NCBI RefSeq assembly: GCF_902652985.1
Contig: NC_047015.1
Location: forward strand, 23,312,001 to 23,376,000
Direction: 5' to 3'
Length of the DNA: 64,000 nt
From: Pecten maximus
Lineage: Eukaryota
Every line of letters begins with the position of its first letter. Position 1 is the first letter of the stretch. Made by a program: the position numbers and the translations under genes. The notes beneath the pieces were generated by a model. It saw only the letters and a program-made list of their open reading frames with translations, was not told the DNA's origin and made no database searches. Positions 1 through 14,300 of this stretch are shown here, piece by piece.

Positions 1-310
1 TGCTATATTCATTTTCCGCCGGGGGGCTTATATGCCCCCCTGGAACCCCCTATCAGGGTACTGCCCTGGACCCCCAAACCCCTTGCCAAAAAAAATATTT
101 GCCTCGCACCTACGGCACTCGCATTATCACTGAATTACTGGACCCTCCCTTTCGAAAATCCTGGATCTGCACCTGATCTTGAATTATTGCAAATTTGCAA
201 TATTCATATTCCGCCGGGGGGCTTCACCCCCTGGAACCCCCTACCAAGGCGCTGCCCTGGACCTGTTGGGGGGGCCTTGGCGGCCGACAGACCCCTCGCC
301 AAAAAAATTT
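1..310. mobile_element. Two related GC-rich fragments of non-autonomous DNA elements (possibly hAT-like)
   Basis: ttccgccggggggctt...cccctggaacccc...ctgccctggac occurs at ~14 and ~209. The sequence cctggatctgcacctg (160-175) looks like a CAGG-type terminus. Confidence 0.4.
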
Positions 311-1616
311 GTGCCTACAACTCCGTAGTGATATTTCAATATGGAAAAAAGGCAACGTCTTAGACATTGAAAAAGATTTCAGATTTGTGGTATTGAAAAA
401 GATTTAAGACGCCTTTATCATGGATTGATTTTCTGTGCTCAACATTACCGGTATATATATATGCCCATGCATCTGTAAAAAGTTTTATGATGGCATACAT
501 GCCTTTACCTTTGTTTAATTTCATATAGCTACATATACATAGTAAGGCTGATTCTGATGACAAGTAGAATTTATACATTGTTAATACCATAAATACTGAA
601 AACTGATTGGTCAGTTCAGTTGGAAGACAGGACAGATTTATAGTTCTAATTGGCAAACTGCAACTAGATCTGTCCAATCATTCTATAAGTTTCATTATAC
701 ATGTATTGTATTATGATAGTCGGACTACATATATGCATGTTAAATTTTCATTCCAGTTGATGAAACTGAATTAACACTCTTTCAAAAAGTTGCTTTGCCT
801 TACATAATTATCTGGCCTCTGATATATTATACAAATTATTCCTATTTTTCTAATTTGTAAGTCAATTGGAGAAGCAATAAAGATTTTACATGAATTTCTC
901 CAAATCTAGAGTCATAAACCCAAAAATACAGTAAAAATTAATTCAAAATTCCTGTAATTATGTATAATCTATAGGGTGCAATGAGATTACAATACAAGTA
1001 TATCCCTGGTTTGGTTGGAATAACATTGATTTGATACTTCTTGAGAAACTGAGCTAAACAAAAACTTTCAACATCCCAATTCCAAGTGACTGGACCATAT
1101 AATCGGAGTCCAGTTGATCAAAAGGTGATTATAGGTAGCTTAATCACTTGATTAGTGGAAATCTCATTTCTCTTTCACTTCAAAACCTGAGTGTGTGTTC
1201 TGAAAAAAGGCAGGTCGGAAGAGACTGATTAATGCTATGATTTCATAAAATGTTGTCAAGTTAGTTTTACAAGATATAATTTTATCAGGACTTCAAAATT
1301 GTTGTTAAACAGTGATTAAGCTAACACAGGATGATAATTGTAAATGAAGACATTGTTGAGACAGCCACTATGTGCTCTAACTATGTAATAAGTTTAGTTA
1401 TACTTCCTGAGAAACCGATCTAAACACAAAAACTTTTAAAGTAAAATATCAATGAATCCACCAGAAAAGTAATACCAGTCTTGCCCAAGACAAACAAACT
1501 GTCATATAGAATCCAAAATGACTAATCTTAAACATACTATTTTGGAATTCTGACACTCTTTTCTGATTTCTAGCCAAAATGTTCAAATGTCAGTTTCATC
1601 TTTGCAATTTCCATAG

Positions 1617-2164
1617 CAAGAGGCCCAGAGGGCCTGCATCGCTCACCTGGATATTTCAGTAATTATGGCAAAATACTGTGCTTCAAGTTATATTTCGAAT
1701 ATTTTCTTTATTTTGAACTATCTCTCCCAACGACTTCAGGTGGACTGAAACCTGCCATTCTTAAAAAATACCAAATATGTCTTTTTTTTTGCTATATTTC
1801 CCTCATTGGGCCCCCTTTCTCCAGCCCTAATGGTGTCACATCCTTCATTTATACAACCTTGCCAAATAATTCTCCAGACCAAATTTCATCAAAATCCATT
1901 TAGTTGTGCAGGACTAGTAGTGTAAAAAGATTTCCCCTTCAGGCAAGGTGAGGAAAACAATTAATAATATATTACAAAGGGCAACAACTCTGTATGTTAC
2001 TGTCAAATAATTCCCATTTTCCAACTCGCCCATAACAAAGTTTCATCACTTGGTTGACATTTACTCAAGTTATCATGTTCACAAGGATATTGTTATCAGA
2101 CGGACACTGGTCACCACAGTATGGCATAGCTCACCTTGGTCTTTAAGACCAGGTGAGCTCAAAA
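1617..2164 (+). mobile_element. Non-autonomous Helitron/Helentron-like element (HINE type)
   Basis: Head caagaggcccagagggcctgcatcgctcacctgg, with a subterminal inverted copy ccaggtgagc in the 3' hairpin gctcaccttggtctttaagaccaggtgagc. The same head recurs at ~53397. Confidence 0.65.
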
Positions 2165-2780
2165 TGTAGCTTACTACATGTAGTTTCACCTCTACAATGA
2201 GTGCTGATATGTATATCTTGTTTGCTACTAGTAAAAAGTGTGGAGGAGATTTTTTTATATCAGATGTAAGCAACTTCAAACATCACAGATTTCTCCGAAA
2301 CTTTTCCCAATGAAAAATAATTGATAAATGAAAAAGTATTGAAATCTTTAAACAGTACAAACAATGAAGATTGATTTCATACAACACCATGAAAGAAACA
2401 AATGGTTCCATCACCCATCTAATATTATACCTTAAGTCGTAATACATACATGTGTAGCATTAAACTTCCTTCAGTATGAAGTGAAGAAACTCCAGATGTT
2501 GAATATGGATTCTTAAAGGGAACAAGAGGATGTAAGGCCATTCCTAGCAGATCTTAGAATTGTGTATTATAAAAACAACAAAAGACAGGCTGTACAATAC
2601 TCATTTTTTATTATTTTATCCTTGAGATTTCCACAGAAGACACATAAACCTAACTGCACACAAGGCTGGAGAGTATTTTGCCAGACAATATGTCCTGCCA
2701 TGAGGGGAATGTTGATGCTTCCAGTACAACAACCAGTGATTCATACCTCATACTGCACCAACTAAACATCGTATCTGACC

Positions 2781-3368
2781 ACGACACGACAAAACACCAC
2801 TGGTGTCAGTATAATGTGTCATACCAAACCACGACATGACAACACCACTGGTGTCAGTATAATGTGTTGTCCACTGGTGTCAGTATAATGTGTTGTCCAC
2901 TGGTGTCAGTATAATGTGTTGTCCACTGGTGTCAGTATAATGTGTCATACCAAACCACGACATGACAACACCACTGGTGTCAGTATAATGTGTCATACCA
3001 AACCACGACATGACAACACCACTGGTGTCGGTATAATGTGTTGTCCACTGGTGTCAGTATAATGTGTTGTCCACTGGTGTCAGTATAATGTGTCATACCA
3101 AACCACGACATGACAACACCACTGGTGTCAGTATAATGTGTTGTCCACTGGTGTCAGTATAATGTGTTGTACCAAACATGGACATGACAACACACCACTG
3201 GTGTCAGTATAATGTGTTGTACCAAACCTGGACACCACAACAAACCAATGGTGTCAATATAATGTGTTGTCCACTGGTGTCGGTATAGTGTGTCGTACCA
3301 AACCAGGACACGACAACACACCACTGGTGTCAGTATAATGTGTCGTACCAAACTAGGACACAAAGACA
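2781..3368. repeat. Minisatellite, core ccactggtgtcagtataatgtg, 26-bp and ~46-bp unit variants
   Basis: Direct tandem copies visible. Confidence 0.9.
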
Positions 3369-4459
3369 CAGATGCTATTTCAGTAATCTGTCATACCTGA
3401 TCAGGACACGAACAGAAGATGTTGGTCGTTGTGTCAATATAATCTGTTAACTTGAGCCAAGCAGCAGCAAATCAATCTTTTCAATGAAACTAAATGTTCA
3501 TAAAGAAGAGATGGCACATGATCATAATAAAAAAAAAGCCTGGTTTTAATATAGCTCTTTGGAAATTAGGAATGTCTACCCATCATTAAAAATGTTAAGT
3601 AAGAAAAACTCATAGACAAAAAAATATTCAGGTAAAATTATGCTCTCAACCATGTTCTGTACAGATACGTACCCCTACACAAACCAAATTTCAACAGCAG
3701 GCTGGCTAGGTAGGTTGTACAAACACAAAAACATTTTACCCAAGGGTGGCAAACTGTTGACAACATTAAAACATGGTAGACATAGCACATCAATCAGATC
3801 ATTACAGGTAGGAAACATCACCACAATATGGGAACACATCCACTATGTACATACAACCAAACCTGTGGCTATATGGATGGCTGGAGTTGACCTGGTAGTG
3901 GTAATACACAATATCTCCAGCCATCACAAGTTTTATATGTTGACTATAAAGAAGGGGAAAAAGGTGTGGTCAAATTTCATAAAAATATCTACATGATTAT
4001 TTTACACAAAGACCACACAAAGCAAACAGAGTTAAAAGGGAAATGCTAGTTATCAATGTACAATGATTATTTTCTCCAAGTGAATTCTTCAAGACAATTC
4101 GCAAGTGCATTTAACAAACTTTTTGTTCACTCAAAGATTTTCTCCTGTGTAAGAAATTATTACATAATATTGATTTATTGTTAACATATTATATAACAGG
4201 GAGTAAGGCAAGCCAATAATACTGCCAGATAGAGCTAATAGAGCTCTAGACAGTCTGCCTCCTACAAAGGAGGTAACAAGGTCGCCATAGGGTCTGTGGA
4301 CTATGGCAGTGAGTGGAGAAGATGTGTAGGTAATATGTGGCCATTTTCAGGACTTTTTAAGCTGCACTTGAAATTATTTTTTTTTAATGTAATAATGGTC
4401 TGGCAGATGAGTGTGATGATGGGAAGGCCATGTCCTCAGCTTGTGGTTGAGGCACATAC

Positions 4460-4687
4460 CTAATCATGCCCTTGCCTGTAAGCGGGGCATATCCCCAATC
4501 ATGCCCCAGCCTCTGGGCGGAGCACATCCCTTATCATGCCCCAGACTCTGGGTGGAGCACATCCCTTATCATGCCCCAGCCTCTGGGCGGAGCATATCCC
4601 TAATCATGCCCCAGCCTCTGGGTGGAGCCCATCCTTAATCATGCCCCAGCCTCTGGGTGGAGCACATCCCTAATCATGCCCCAGCCT
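4460..4687. repeat. 35-bp minisatellite atcatgccccagcctctgggtggagcacatcccta, ~6 copies
   Basis: Direct tandem copies visible. Confidence 0.9.
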
Positions 4688-5245
4688 ACACTACAACTAC
4701 AGGTCTGCATAGATTTCTACAAATACCAACAGCTGCTTGTTTACAAAACTTAGCAAGCATTAATGCAGTATTTAAACAAAATTACAAATGGACTTTGTGT
4801 ATTTGTTTTGCATATTTCCCCTACAAATCTTCAAATAATCAATTTAAAACCAATGCAAGTTGACAATATAGCAACATCAAGATGTGTACAGATGCTACAG
4901 CAAAGAAGAAATGGTCCAAGGAAAGGAGTTGCAAGAAAGCCTTCCACTGTTGTAATAAAATAAATTTGCTGCATCACTTTTCTGTAGAAAAGGTTACACC
5001 TAACTACTTTAACTTAAATTTGATCACACACACCATATTAAGTAACAAGGTATAAAATATCTAACTCCCAATTTATAATCAGTTGTATTTTTTTTCAAAT
5101 GAAAAAAATACTCTACACACATTAACACACTCTCAAGAATTCATGGCTTTCAAATTATAGTCTACCCAAATGAAGTATTACATTGTTGAAAAGGATAAAC
5201 AAGTTCAAAAGCATAATGGAGAAAATAGCTGTTAATGTGTAAAAA

Positions 5246-5757
5246 CTGATAATGTATAAACTATCTGATAATGTAATACAGTGATAATGTATACACTATC
5301 TGATAATGTATACAGTGATAATGTAAACACTATCTGATAATGTAATACAGTGATAATGTATACACTATCTGATAATGTATACCATGATAATGTAAACACT
5401 ATCTGATAATGTATACCATGATAATGTAAACACTATCTGATAATGTATACCATGATAATGTAAACACTATCTGATAATGTAATACAGTGATAATGTAAAC
5501 ACTATCTGATAATGTATACCATGATAATGTAAACACTATCTGATAATGTAATACAGTGATAATGTAAACACTATCTGATAATGTATACCATGATAATGTT
5601 AACACTATCTGATAATGTATACAATGATAATGTAAACACTATCTGATAATGTATACCATGATAATGTAAACACTATCTGATAATGTATACCATGATAATG
5701 TAAACACTATCTGATAATGTATACCATGATAATGTATACACTATCTGATAATGTATA
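5246..5757. repeat. ~34-bp minisatellite tgataatgtaaacactatctgataatgtatacca
   Basis: Direct tandem copies, each built from two tgataatgta subunits. Confidence 0.9.
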
Positions 5758-5924
5758 TACTGAATGTTCATATTTGCCACAAAAACCTACAGGAATTCTA
5801 CCGGTGTGTGTATATAATACTGATTATCAACAATACACAGAGGTGAACCTAATAAAACTGAACAAGGCTTCTAGATCCATATCATCAGTGTCGTATTAAA
5901 ACTTGTTATAAACCTGACATGGAA

Positions 5925-6960
5925 AACATAGTAGCAAAGCTGACATTGTAACTATAGCAACAAATCTGACATTGTAACTATAACAACAAATCTGACATTG
6001 TAAATATAGTAACAATTATGACATTAACTATAGTAACAAATCTGACATTGTAACTAAAACAACAAATCTGAGATTGTTACTACAACAACAAATCTGAGAT
6101 TGTTACTACAACAAATCTGCCATTGTAACTATAGTAACAAATCTGCCATTGTAACTATAGTAACAAATCTGCCATTGTAACTATAGTAACAAATCTGCCA
6201 TTGTAACTATAGTAACAAATCTGCCATTGTAACTATAGTAACAAATCTGCCATTGTAACTATAGTAACAAATCTGCTATTGTAACTATAGTAACAAATCT
6301 GCCATTGTAACTATAGTAACAAATCTGCCATTGTAACTATAGTAACAAATCTGCCATTGTAACTATAGTAACAATGCTGTCATTATAATAATAGTAACAA
6401 TCCTTGTGAAACTATCATAACAAAGATGACATGAAGCTGTTGTAACAAACCTGACATTACAATAATCTACAAAGGTATCCTTGAAACAATAGTAACAATG
6501 CTGACCTTGAAACAATAGTAACAATGCTGACCTTGAAACAATAGTAACAATTCTGACCTTGAAACAATAGTAACAATTCTGACCTTGAAACAATAGTAAC
6601 AATGCTGACCTTGAAACTATAGGTACAATGCTGACTTTTTAACTAGAGTAACAAAACTGACATTGTGGCTGTAGCAATAATGCTTACATTGTACCTATAG
6701 AGATAAAGCTAACATTTTATCTATAGTGACAAAACTGACGTTACTATAGTGACAAAACTGACATTGTTATTTTGTTACTATAGTGACAAAGTTGATATTG
6801 TTACCATAGTGACAAAGCTGAAATTGTTACTATAGTGATAAAGCTGAAATTGTTACTATAGTGATAAAGCTGACATTTTAGCTATATTAACAAGTTTTAT
6901 GTTATAAGAATAGTATCAAAAGACAGAACAAAGTAGTTTGCTGCAAGATATTGTTACTAT
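5925..6960. repeat. 26-bp minisatellite ctgccattgtaactatagtaacaaat, homogeneous at 6116-6375 and degenerate on both flanks
   Basis: Direct tandem copies visible. Confidence 0.85.
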
Positions 6961-8123
6961 AGTTTCCTACACTATCAAACATGACATTGTAACAATAAAT
7001 GTGATCAAACATCGTAACAACACAATATTACAACTGTTATGTAACGAGGTATGATTTAGCAGTAAAACGTATAACAATTGTGTTGGGTACACAACACTAA
7101 AATAGCCACATCATTTCGGTGAGGAAATAAAACCATCCAGCTTTTCCTAGGTAATAAATTCACCACATCACAAGAGCCAGTATGTGGCTGCCTAGGCTAT
7201 ACATAGTAATGGCTGCCACGGCTGTACACATCAATGACAGCCACCAGTGTACAAGTAGCTGCTGCCACCACTACATAGTAGCAGCTGCTATGTCTGCAAA
7301 TAGTGATGGCTGCCACAGATGAACATACTAACGGCTGCCACAGCTTAACATAGTAATGGCTGTTATGGCTGTACATGGTAATGGCTACCATGGCTGTACA
7401 TAGAAATGGCTGCCACTTGTACAACAGTGATGACAACATTGTCCAACACCATAACTGACAGCCAATGCTGTGTGTCAAATACTCCCACCTAACGTGAAAA
7501 CCAATATAATATCAAATTCAATTATTTTTTTCATTTCATACCCATGTAGAAAACTGATGGAAATACTTGCAACAGCACACAATAAAAATTGCCATTTTTT
7601 ATCTCGTAGTACGAAAATAGATTTTGAACAAAGTTTTGAAGGTTGTGGGCCATACTGGCTGGATGTATGTATTATGCTTCTTCCCTTGTTATGACACAGA
7701 AGTTAACCATACACACTGATATGGCAAAATAAATAGGTAACAATAAATAATGCAAACAAATATTTCACACATGAATTGTCTCCCCTATTGTTTGTTCTTC
7801 GAATGGGTTGTGCACCTTGCTTGCATTTTATTAAAAAATTGTATATATAAAAAATTCATTCACATAATATTGTAGTATTCATGATATGACAGCGATAAAA
7901 ATGGTTGAAAAACCCTCATGTACAATAAAAAATAACAGTAAAAATTTGAAACTCTGTCATAGTCAACATTAAATATACTCTCAAGATATTTTCTACAAAG
8001 GTACAATGATTTCTAACACAAAAAAGAATTATTAAAAAAAGACTGAAAACAAAAACCATGGTGACATGGTATGATGATGACGGTCAATGTCTCCTGATGA
8101 GGCGAGAGTTACTGTGCCAGGCA

Positions 8124-8361
8124 CTATCTGTTTTTGACAGGCGTATTAGCTGTACTGACTTGACGTGAATTTTCTGACCGTGGGACCGGCATCTCATACT
8201 CTACCAGAAGGGGGAAGTGGTCTGAGGGCACATGGGGGTGAGGGCAGCCAACAACTTTGTTCTGTTGGAACCAGTTTGCATTCAGGGGGCCAAGCAGACC
8301 GAGTAAGTTCAAGTGGTCACGAGAATAAAAGATGTAATCGATGATACCCTTGAAGTCAAAC
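8124..8361 (-). CDS. CNOT6: CNOT6 last coding exon FDFKGIIDYIFYSRDHLNLLGLLGP...GCPHPHVPSDHFPLLVEYEM...KNR*
   Basis: Acceptor ttgttacAG, IDYIFY and SDHF motifs, TAG stop at 8126-8124. Confidence 0.96.
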
Positions 8362-11300
8362 CTGTAACAAACAACACAACAAAGTTATGCAATATAGCAT
8401 AAAATAGTCCATAAAAATGTAGCTTTCAACATAGCAAAAGAAACAGTTCATTCATCTCTTCACACTGAATGAAACTCAACTTCATCAGTTTTATATGCAT
8501 GGTGCGGTATAATGTTAAGTTTTTAGAAGAAATCAAGCAATATGTTCTTATTATAAAAGATAACATAATCTTACGTGTAATTTGTGAAAGGCATGATATC
8601 ATTGTCGTAGGCACGACCAAGACGGAAATCGTGAAGCAAGAAGTCTTTCTCTGTGGACACATTGATGCGTTGTAGACAATCATCATATCCTCTCTCCTTA
8701 AAGTCCACGTGATTTCTTGATACTTTTCCTGAGTTCAGAAACTCCAAAACACCTTACAGACATAAAAAGAAACAGATTATCATCTACAATTCCTATTTTA
8801 GACTTATTTTAGGAAAAAAATCTCAATGGAAAATAGGATGATAAAATCACAATTTTGACTAATAATCTGTCTAATTTCTTTTTGTTTTGTATCATGCAGC
8901 ATTAGAAAGAATTATTGATGTAAAGTACCATTAGGCCTAATGTTGTAAATACTTCCACTTACAAATTGTTTCAGATCAATATGTACAGGTAGGTAGCTAC
9001 TACAGGATACAACTCCACAGGGATGTAGGTGCCATTCATTGTATGATAGACAGATGGCATCCGGCCAGACACTTCTATCCTGTACTTACATAGCTTACAT
9101 ATCTACCTATCACACTGCAATCTCAAATCATTTCTAAAAAAATACAAGCTATTATGTCTCTTTACATCAAATCCTAACACAGGTGCAGACTGTCTCTTTG
9201 TGTATGAGCTGGGAGTAACCATGTGTCCCTGGTTTTATAGGACTTGGCTGGTAGGCCAGACTTACTACTAGTCCAGTGGTATGTTTAACTTACTACCAGT
9301 CCAGTGGTATGTAGGACTTACTACCGGGTCTTGTGGTATGTAGGACTTACTACCAGTCTTGTGGTATGTAGGACTTACTACCAGTCCAGTGGTATGTAGG
9401 ACTTACTACCAGTCTAGTGGTATGTAGGCCAGGACTTACTACCAGTCTAGTGGTATGTAGGCCAGGACTTACTACCAGTCTTGTGGTATGTAGGACTTAC
9501 TACCAGTCTTGTGGTATGTAGGACTTACTACCAGTCTAGTGGTATGTAGGACTTACTACCAGTCTAGTGGTATGTAGGACTTACTACCAGTCTTGTGGTA
9601 TGTAGGACTTACTACCAGTCTTGTGGTATGTAGGACTTACTACCAGTCTAGTGGTATGTAGGACTTACTACCAGTCCAGTGGTATGTAGGACTTACTACC
9701 AGTCTAGTGGTATGTAGGCCAGGACTTACTACCAGTCTAGTGGTATGTAGGACTTACTACCAGTCCAGTGGTATGTAGGACTTACTACCAGTCTAGTGGT
9801 ATGTAGGCCAGGACTTACTACCAGTCCAGTGGTATGTAGGACTTACTACCAGTCTAGTGGTATGTAGGACTTACTACCAGTCTAGTGGTATGTAGGACTT
9901 ACTACCAGTCTAGTGGTATGTATGACTTACTACCAGTCCAGTGGTATGTAGGACTTACTACCAGTCTAGTGGTATGTAGGCCAGGACTTACTACCAGTCT
10001 AGTGGTATGTAGGACTAACTACCAGTCCAGTGGTATGTAGGACTTACTACCAGTCTAGTGGTATGTAGGCCAGGACTTACTACCAGTCTAGTGGTATGTA
10101 GGCCAGGACTTACTACCAGTCTAGTGGTATGTAGGCCAGGACTTACTACAAGTCTAGTGATATGTATGACTTACTACCAGTCTAGTGATATGTAGGACTT
10201 ACTACCAGTCTAGTGGTATGTAGGACTTACTACCAGTCCAGTGGTATGTAGGACTTACTACCAGTCTAGTGGTATGTAGGACTTACTACCAGTCCAGTGG
10301 TATGTTTAACTTACTACCAGTCCAGTGGTATGTAGGACTTACTACCAGTCCAGTGGTATGTAGGACTTCCTACCAGTCTAGTGATATGTACGACTTACTA
10401 CCAGTCCAGTGGTATGTAGGACTTACTACCAGTCCAGTGGTATGTAGGCCAGGACTTACTACCAGTCTAGTGACATGTAGGACTTACTACCAGTCTAGTG
10501 GTATGTAGGCCAAGACTTACTACCAGTCCAGTGGTATGTAGGACTTACTACCAGTCTAGTGGTATGTAGGATTTACTACCAGTCTAGTGGTATGTAGGAC
10601 TTACTACCAGTCTGGTGGTATGTAGACCAGGACTTACTACCAGTCTGGTGGTATGTAGGACTTACTACCAGTCTAGTGGTATGTAGAGGACTTACTACCA
10701 GTCCAGTGGTATGTAGGACTTACTACCAGTCTAGTGGTATGTAGGACTTACTACCAGTCTAGTGGTATGTAGGACTTACTACCAGTCTAGTGGTATGTAG
10801 GACTTACTACCAGTCTTGTGGTATGTAGGACTTACTAGCTACCAGTCTAGTAGTATCTAGGATTTGACCGGTGAAGACTTTACTTCTCTGTAACATGTAC
10901 AGGAGTTTGAAGTGTGATATTTAGAGTAGTTTGGAGTGTGATATTTAGAGTAGTTTGGAGTGTGATATTTAGAGTAGTTTGGAGTGTGATATTTAGAGTA
11001 GTTTGGAGTGTGATATTTAGAGTAGTTTGGAGTGTGATATTTAGAGAATTTGGAGTGTGATATTTAGAGTAGTTTGGAGTGTGATATTTAGAGTAGTTTG
11101 GAGTGTGATATTTAGAGTAGTTTGGAGTGTGATATTTAGAGTAGTTTGGAGTGTGATATTTAGAGTAGTTTGGAGTGTAATATTTAGAGTAGTTTGGAGT
11201 GTGATATTTAGAGTAGTTTGGAGTGTGATATTTAGAGTAGTTTGGAGTGTGATATTTAGAGTAGTTTGGAGTGTGATATTTAGAGTAGTTTGGAGTGTGA

Positions 11301-14300
11301 TATTTAGAGTAGTTTGGAGTGTGATATTTAGAGTAGTTTGGAGTGTGCTCTTTCGCGTCTTTGGCGTGTCCTCTTTCGCGTCGTTTGGCGTGTGCTCTTT
11401 CGCGTCGTTTTGGCGTGTGCTCTTTCGCGTCGTTTGGGCGTGTGCTCTTTCGCGTCGTTTGGCGTGTGCTCTTTCGCGTCGTTTGGCGTGTGCTCTTTCG
11501 CGCGTTTGGCGTGTGCTCTTTCGCGTCGTTTGGCGTGTGCTCTTTCTCGTCGTTTGGCGTGTGCTCTTTCGCGTCGTTTGGCGTGTGCTCTTTCGCGTCG
11601 TTTGGCGTGTGCTCTTTCGCGTCGTTTGGCGTGTGCTCTTTCGCGTCGTTTGCGTGTGCTCTTTCGCGGCGTTTGGCGTGTGCTCTTTCGCGGCGTTTGG
11701 CGTGTGCTCTTTCGCGTCGTTTGGCGTGTGCTCTTTCGCGTCGTTTGGCGTGTGCTCTTTCGCGGCGTTTGGCGTGTGCTCTTTCGCGGCGTTTGGCGTG
11801 TGCTCTTTCGCGCCTTTGGCGTGTGCTCTTTCGCGTAGTTTGGAGTGTGATATTTAGAGTAGTTTGGAGTGTGATATTTAGAGTAGTTTGGAGTGTGATA
11901 TTTAGAGTAGTTTGGAGTGTGATATTTAGAGTAGTTTGGAGTGTTCCTCACCTGAGTCTGGGAGGGAGTTTAAGTCGCCACATAATATGAGCGGTATGGA
12001 GTTAATGTCCGGGGTGGAGGAACCTGGCCGGAAGCTGCGAATACTTTCTTCGATGATATGCTTGAGTTCCCACATAAGCATCATGGTCTGTATAAGCTTG
12101 ACATCACAGAACTCTGGGTCCCAGTGGATGTGGGCAGTTGCTACCATTATTTGTTGACAGATAAAGTTCTCAGCTGGTGCACCTATGATAAAAAACAATC
12201 TAGGATTACCATTACTATTGCAGCAATATATAGGATTCCAAATCCATTCACAAATGGCATTATCAGTCCTCCGAGTTCTGAGAAGTACACTGATAGATGG
12301 TGTTTTGCTTTTAAATTTAGATTCAACACATCTCACACCTGTGACCTTAAAAGCAGGTCAAAGTCGAAGAAGAAGTCGAAAATGTGAATGGTTTATTGAC
12401 AAATGATGGATGACTGACAAAAGGTCATTAAAATAATTGAGATTTTGTCTCGGTGACCTAAAGATACGAGATTTGTCAAGAGACTATTCACAAGAATCTA
12501 GATAAAAGGGGTAATGGAAATAATATCCATTGCTTAATCAGGATTCTTCCTCTTTCATATAGTAAAGCAGACTTGGGGGATTCCAAAATTCTTTTTCATG
12601 AACTTAAATTGGTCCCCACCTTCCCAACATATCAAAAGATGATCAGCATATGTAACTCTATACATGTAATATTAAGTACAGCAGTTGTCCAATAAAACCC
12701 ACCATTTTCAAAAACACCCTCCTTTGTTTCCAGCATGGCTGCCAGTCCTATATTGTCCTTAGTCATGACCCTGTTAAGCATGTCATCAGAACCCTCAGCA
12801 TTTGCCATGGCAACCTGGTTAAACTCTACTAGATGTTCCTTTAATAAGGAGAATCTGAAATACAATCATAAAGAGGTTTAAGAAGCTGTTCTGATGATGT
12901 AAATCATATATAAATCACATAGAGAACGAGCTTCCAATATATTGGGCTGCCAACATTACTCTCCATCCTCATTTAGTAGTTATATCACTTCACTGCCAAA
13001 ACTACAGCAAGCAAGGTTTATACTAGCCAAACTTTGACTCCACATTATGTCACAGGACGAGATTACCTACTCTATCAAGTGCCCTTTGGGGATGTTTACA
13101 GAGAATTATCTGGCAGACAACATATTCAGACTACAGTGCAGGTTACATAAATATGTCTACACTGTTACAATGTCCTCATTCACTTCAATCCCTCCAAACA
13201 TTATAACTATTCATGTGACTGATGGCTCATCACCTACAATTACCAGTAAATATCTTTTTTTTTTTGATAAAACATGTATAATAAAGGGCACAAACAGAAA
13301 CAGAAAATGACCTGAATCTTCGTACAGCTGTCCTAGGACATACAGTATACAATGGATGGATATTTTTTCATTTACAAGAGTATGCTTATGAAAGCAGGGT
13401 GAAAGTAAGCCAATAAATCTATGAAATACCTACTTTGATGTTCTATAGAATATTGCACAACCATCTACATATTTCCTTTCTGACTCTGTCATGGTCCTTG
13501 CTCGAGATTTGGCAGAGAAGATGCCATCATAGCCATCCCTCTTAAGCTCGGGGAGGAAGAAATTGTAGAACTGGTCAGTTTCTACCTCCTGAAATTACAT
13601 AATTTCAATAATTCAAAAAAAGAAACATGCATGGATTCCAAATACAGATCAAAATTATTAAAAAAATAATGCAGGACAGTTCTACAAATGGGTACAGCAC
13701 ACAGCACTCTGGTACCATACAGGACAGTACTACAGATGGGTACAGCACACAGCACTGGTACCATACAGGACAGTACTACAGATGGGTATACGTACAGCAC
13801 ACAGCACTGGTACCATACAGGACAGTACTACAAATGGGTACAGCACACGGCACTGGTACCATACAGGACAGTACTACAGATGGGTATACGTACAGCACTG
13901 GTACCATACAGGACAGTACTACAGATGGGTACAGCACACAGCACTGGTATCATACAGGACAGTACTACAAATGGGTACAGCACACGGCACTGGTACCATA
14001 CAGGACAGTACTACAAATGGGTACAGCACACGGCACTGGTATCATACAGGACAGTACTACAGATGGGTACAGCACACGGCACTGGTACCATACAGGACAG
14101 TACTACAGATAGGTAATGTATGTGTTTTAGAAATGGATGTTTAACATATTTTGAGATTGGATTTGGTTAAATAGCTCTAAATGATTAAATTATATAGTTT
14201 AAAAAGCTCACAATACTTGTATTTTAAAGAGCATTAGATATTTATTACTGATCTTTTTTGTGATAACAGATCACTACAAAGTTCTAACAAGTGTATGTTA

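Noticed and set aside
2600-8123. CCR4 3'UTR end and poly(A) site (minus-strand AATAAA at ~7832, ~4179, ~2612)
   Set aside because: Several equally plausible hexamers in AT-rich DNA. I cannot choose without 3'-end data.
11057-11990. Several 166-266-aa repetitive ORFs
   Set aside because: Products of the 24-bp array. The A-free block cannot contain plus-strand stop codons.
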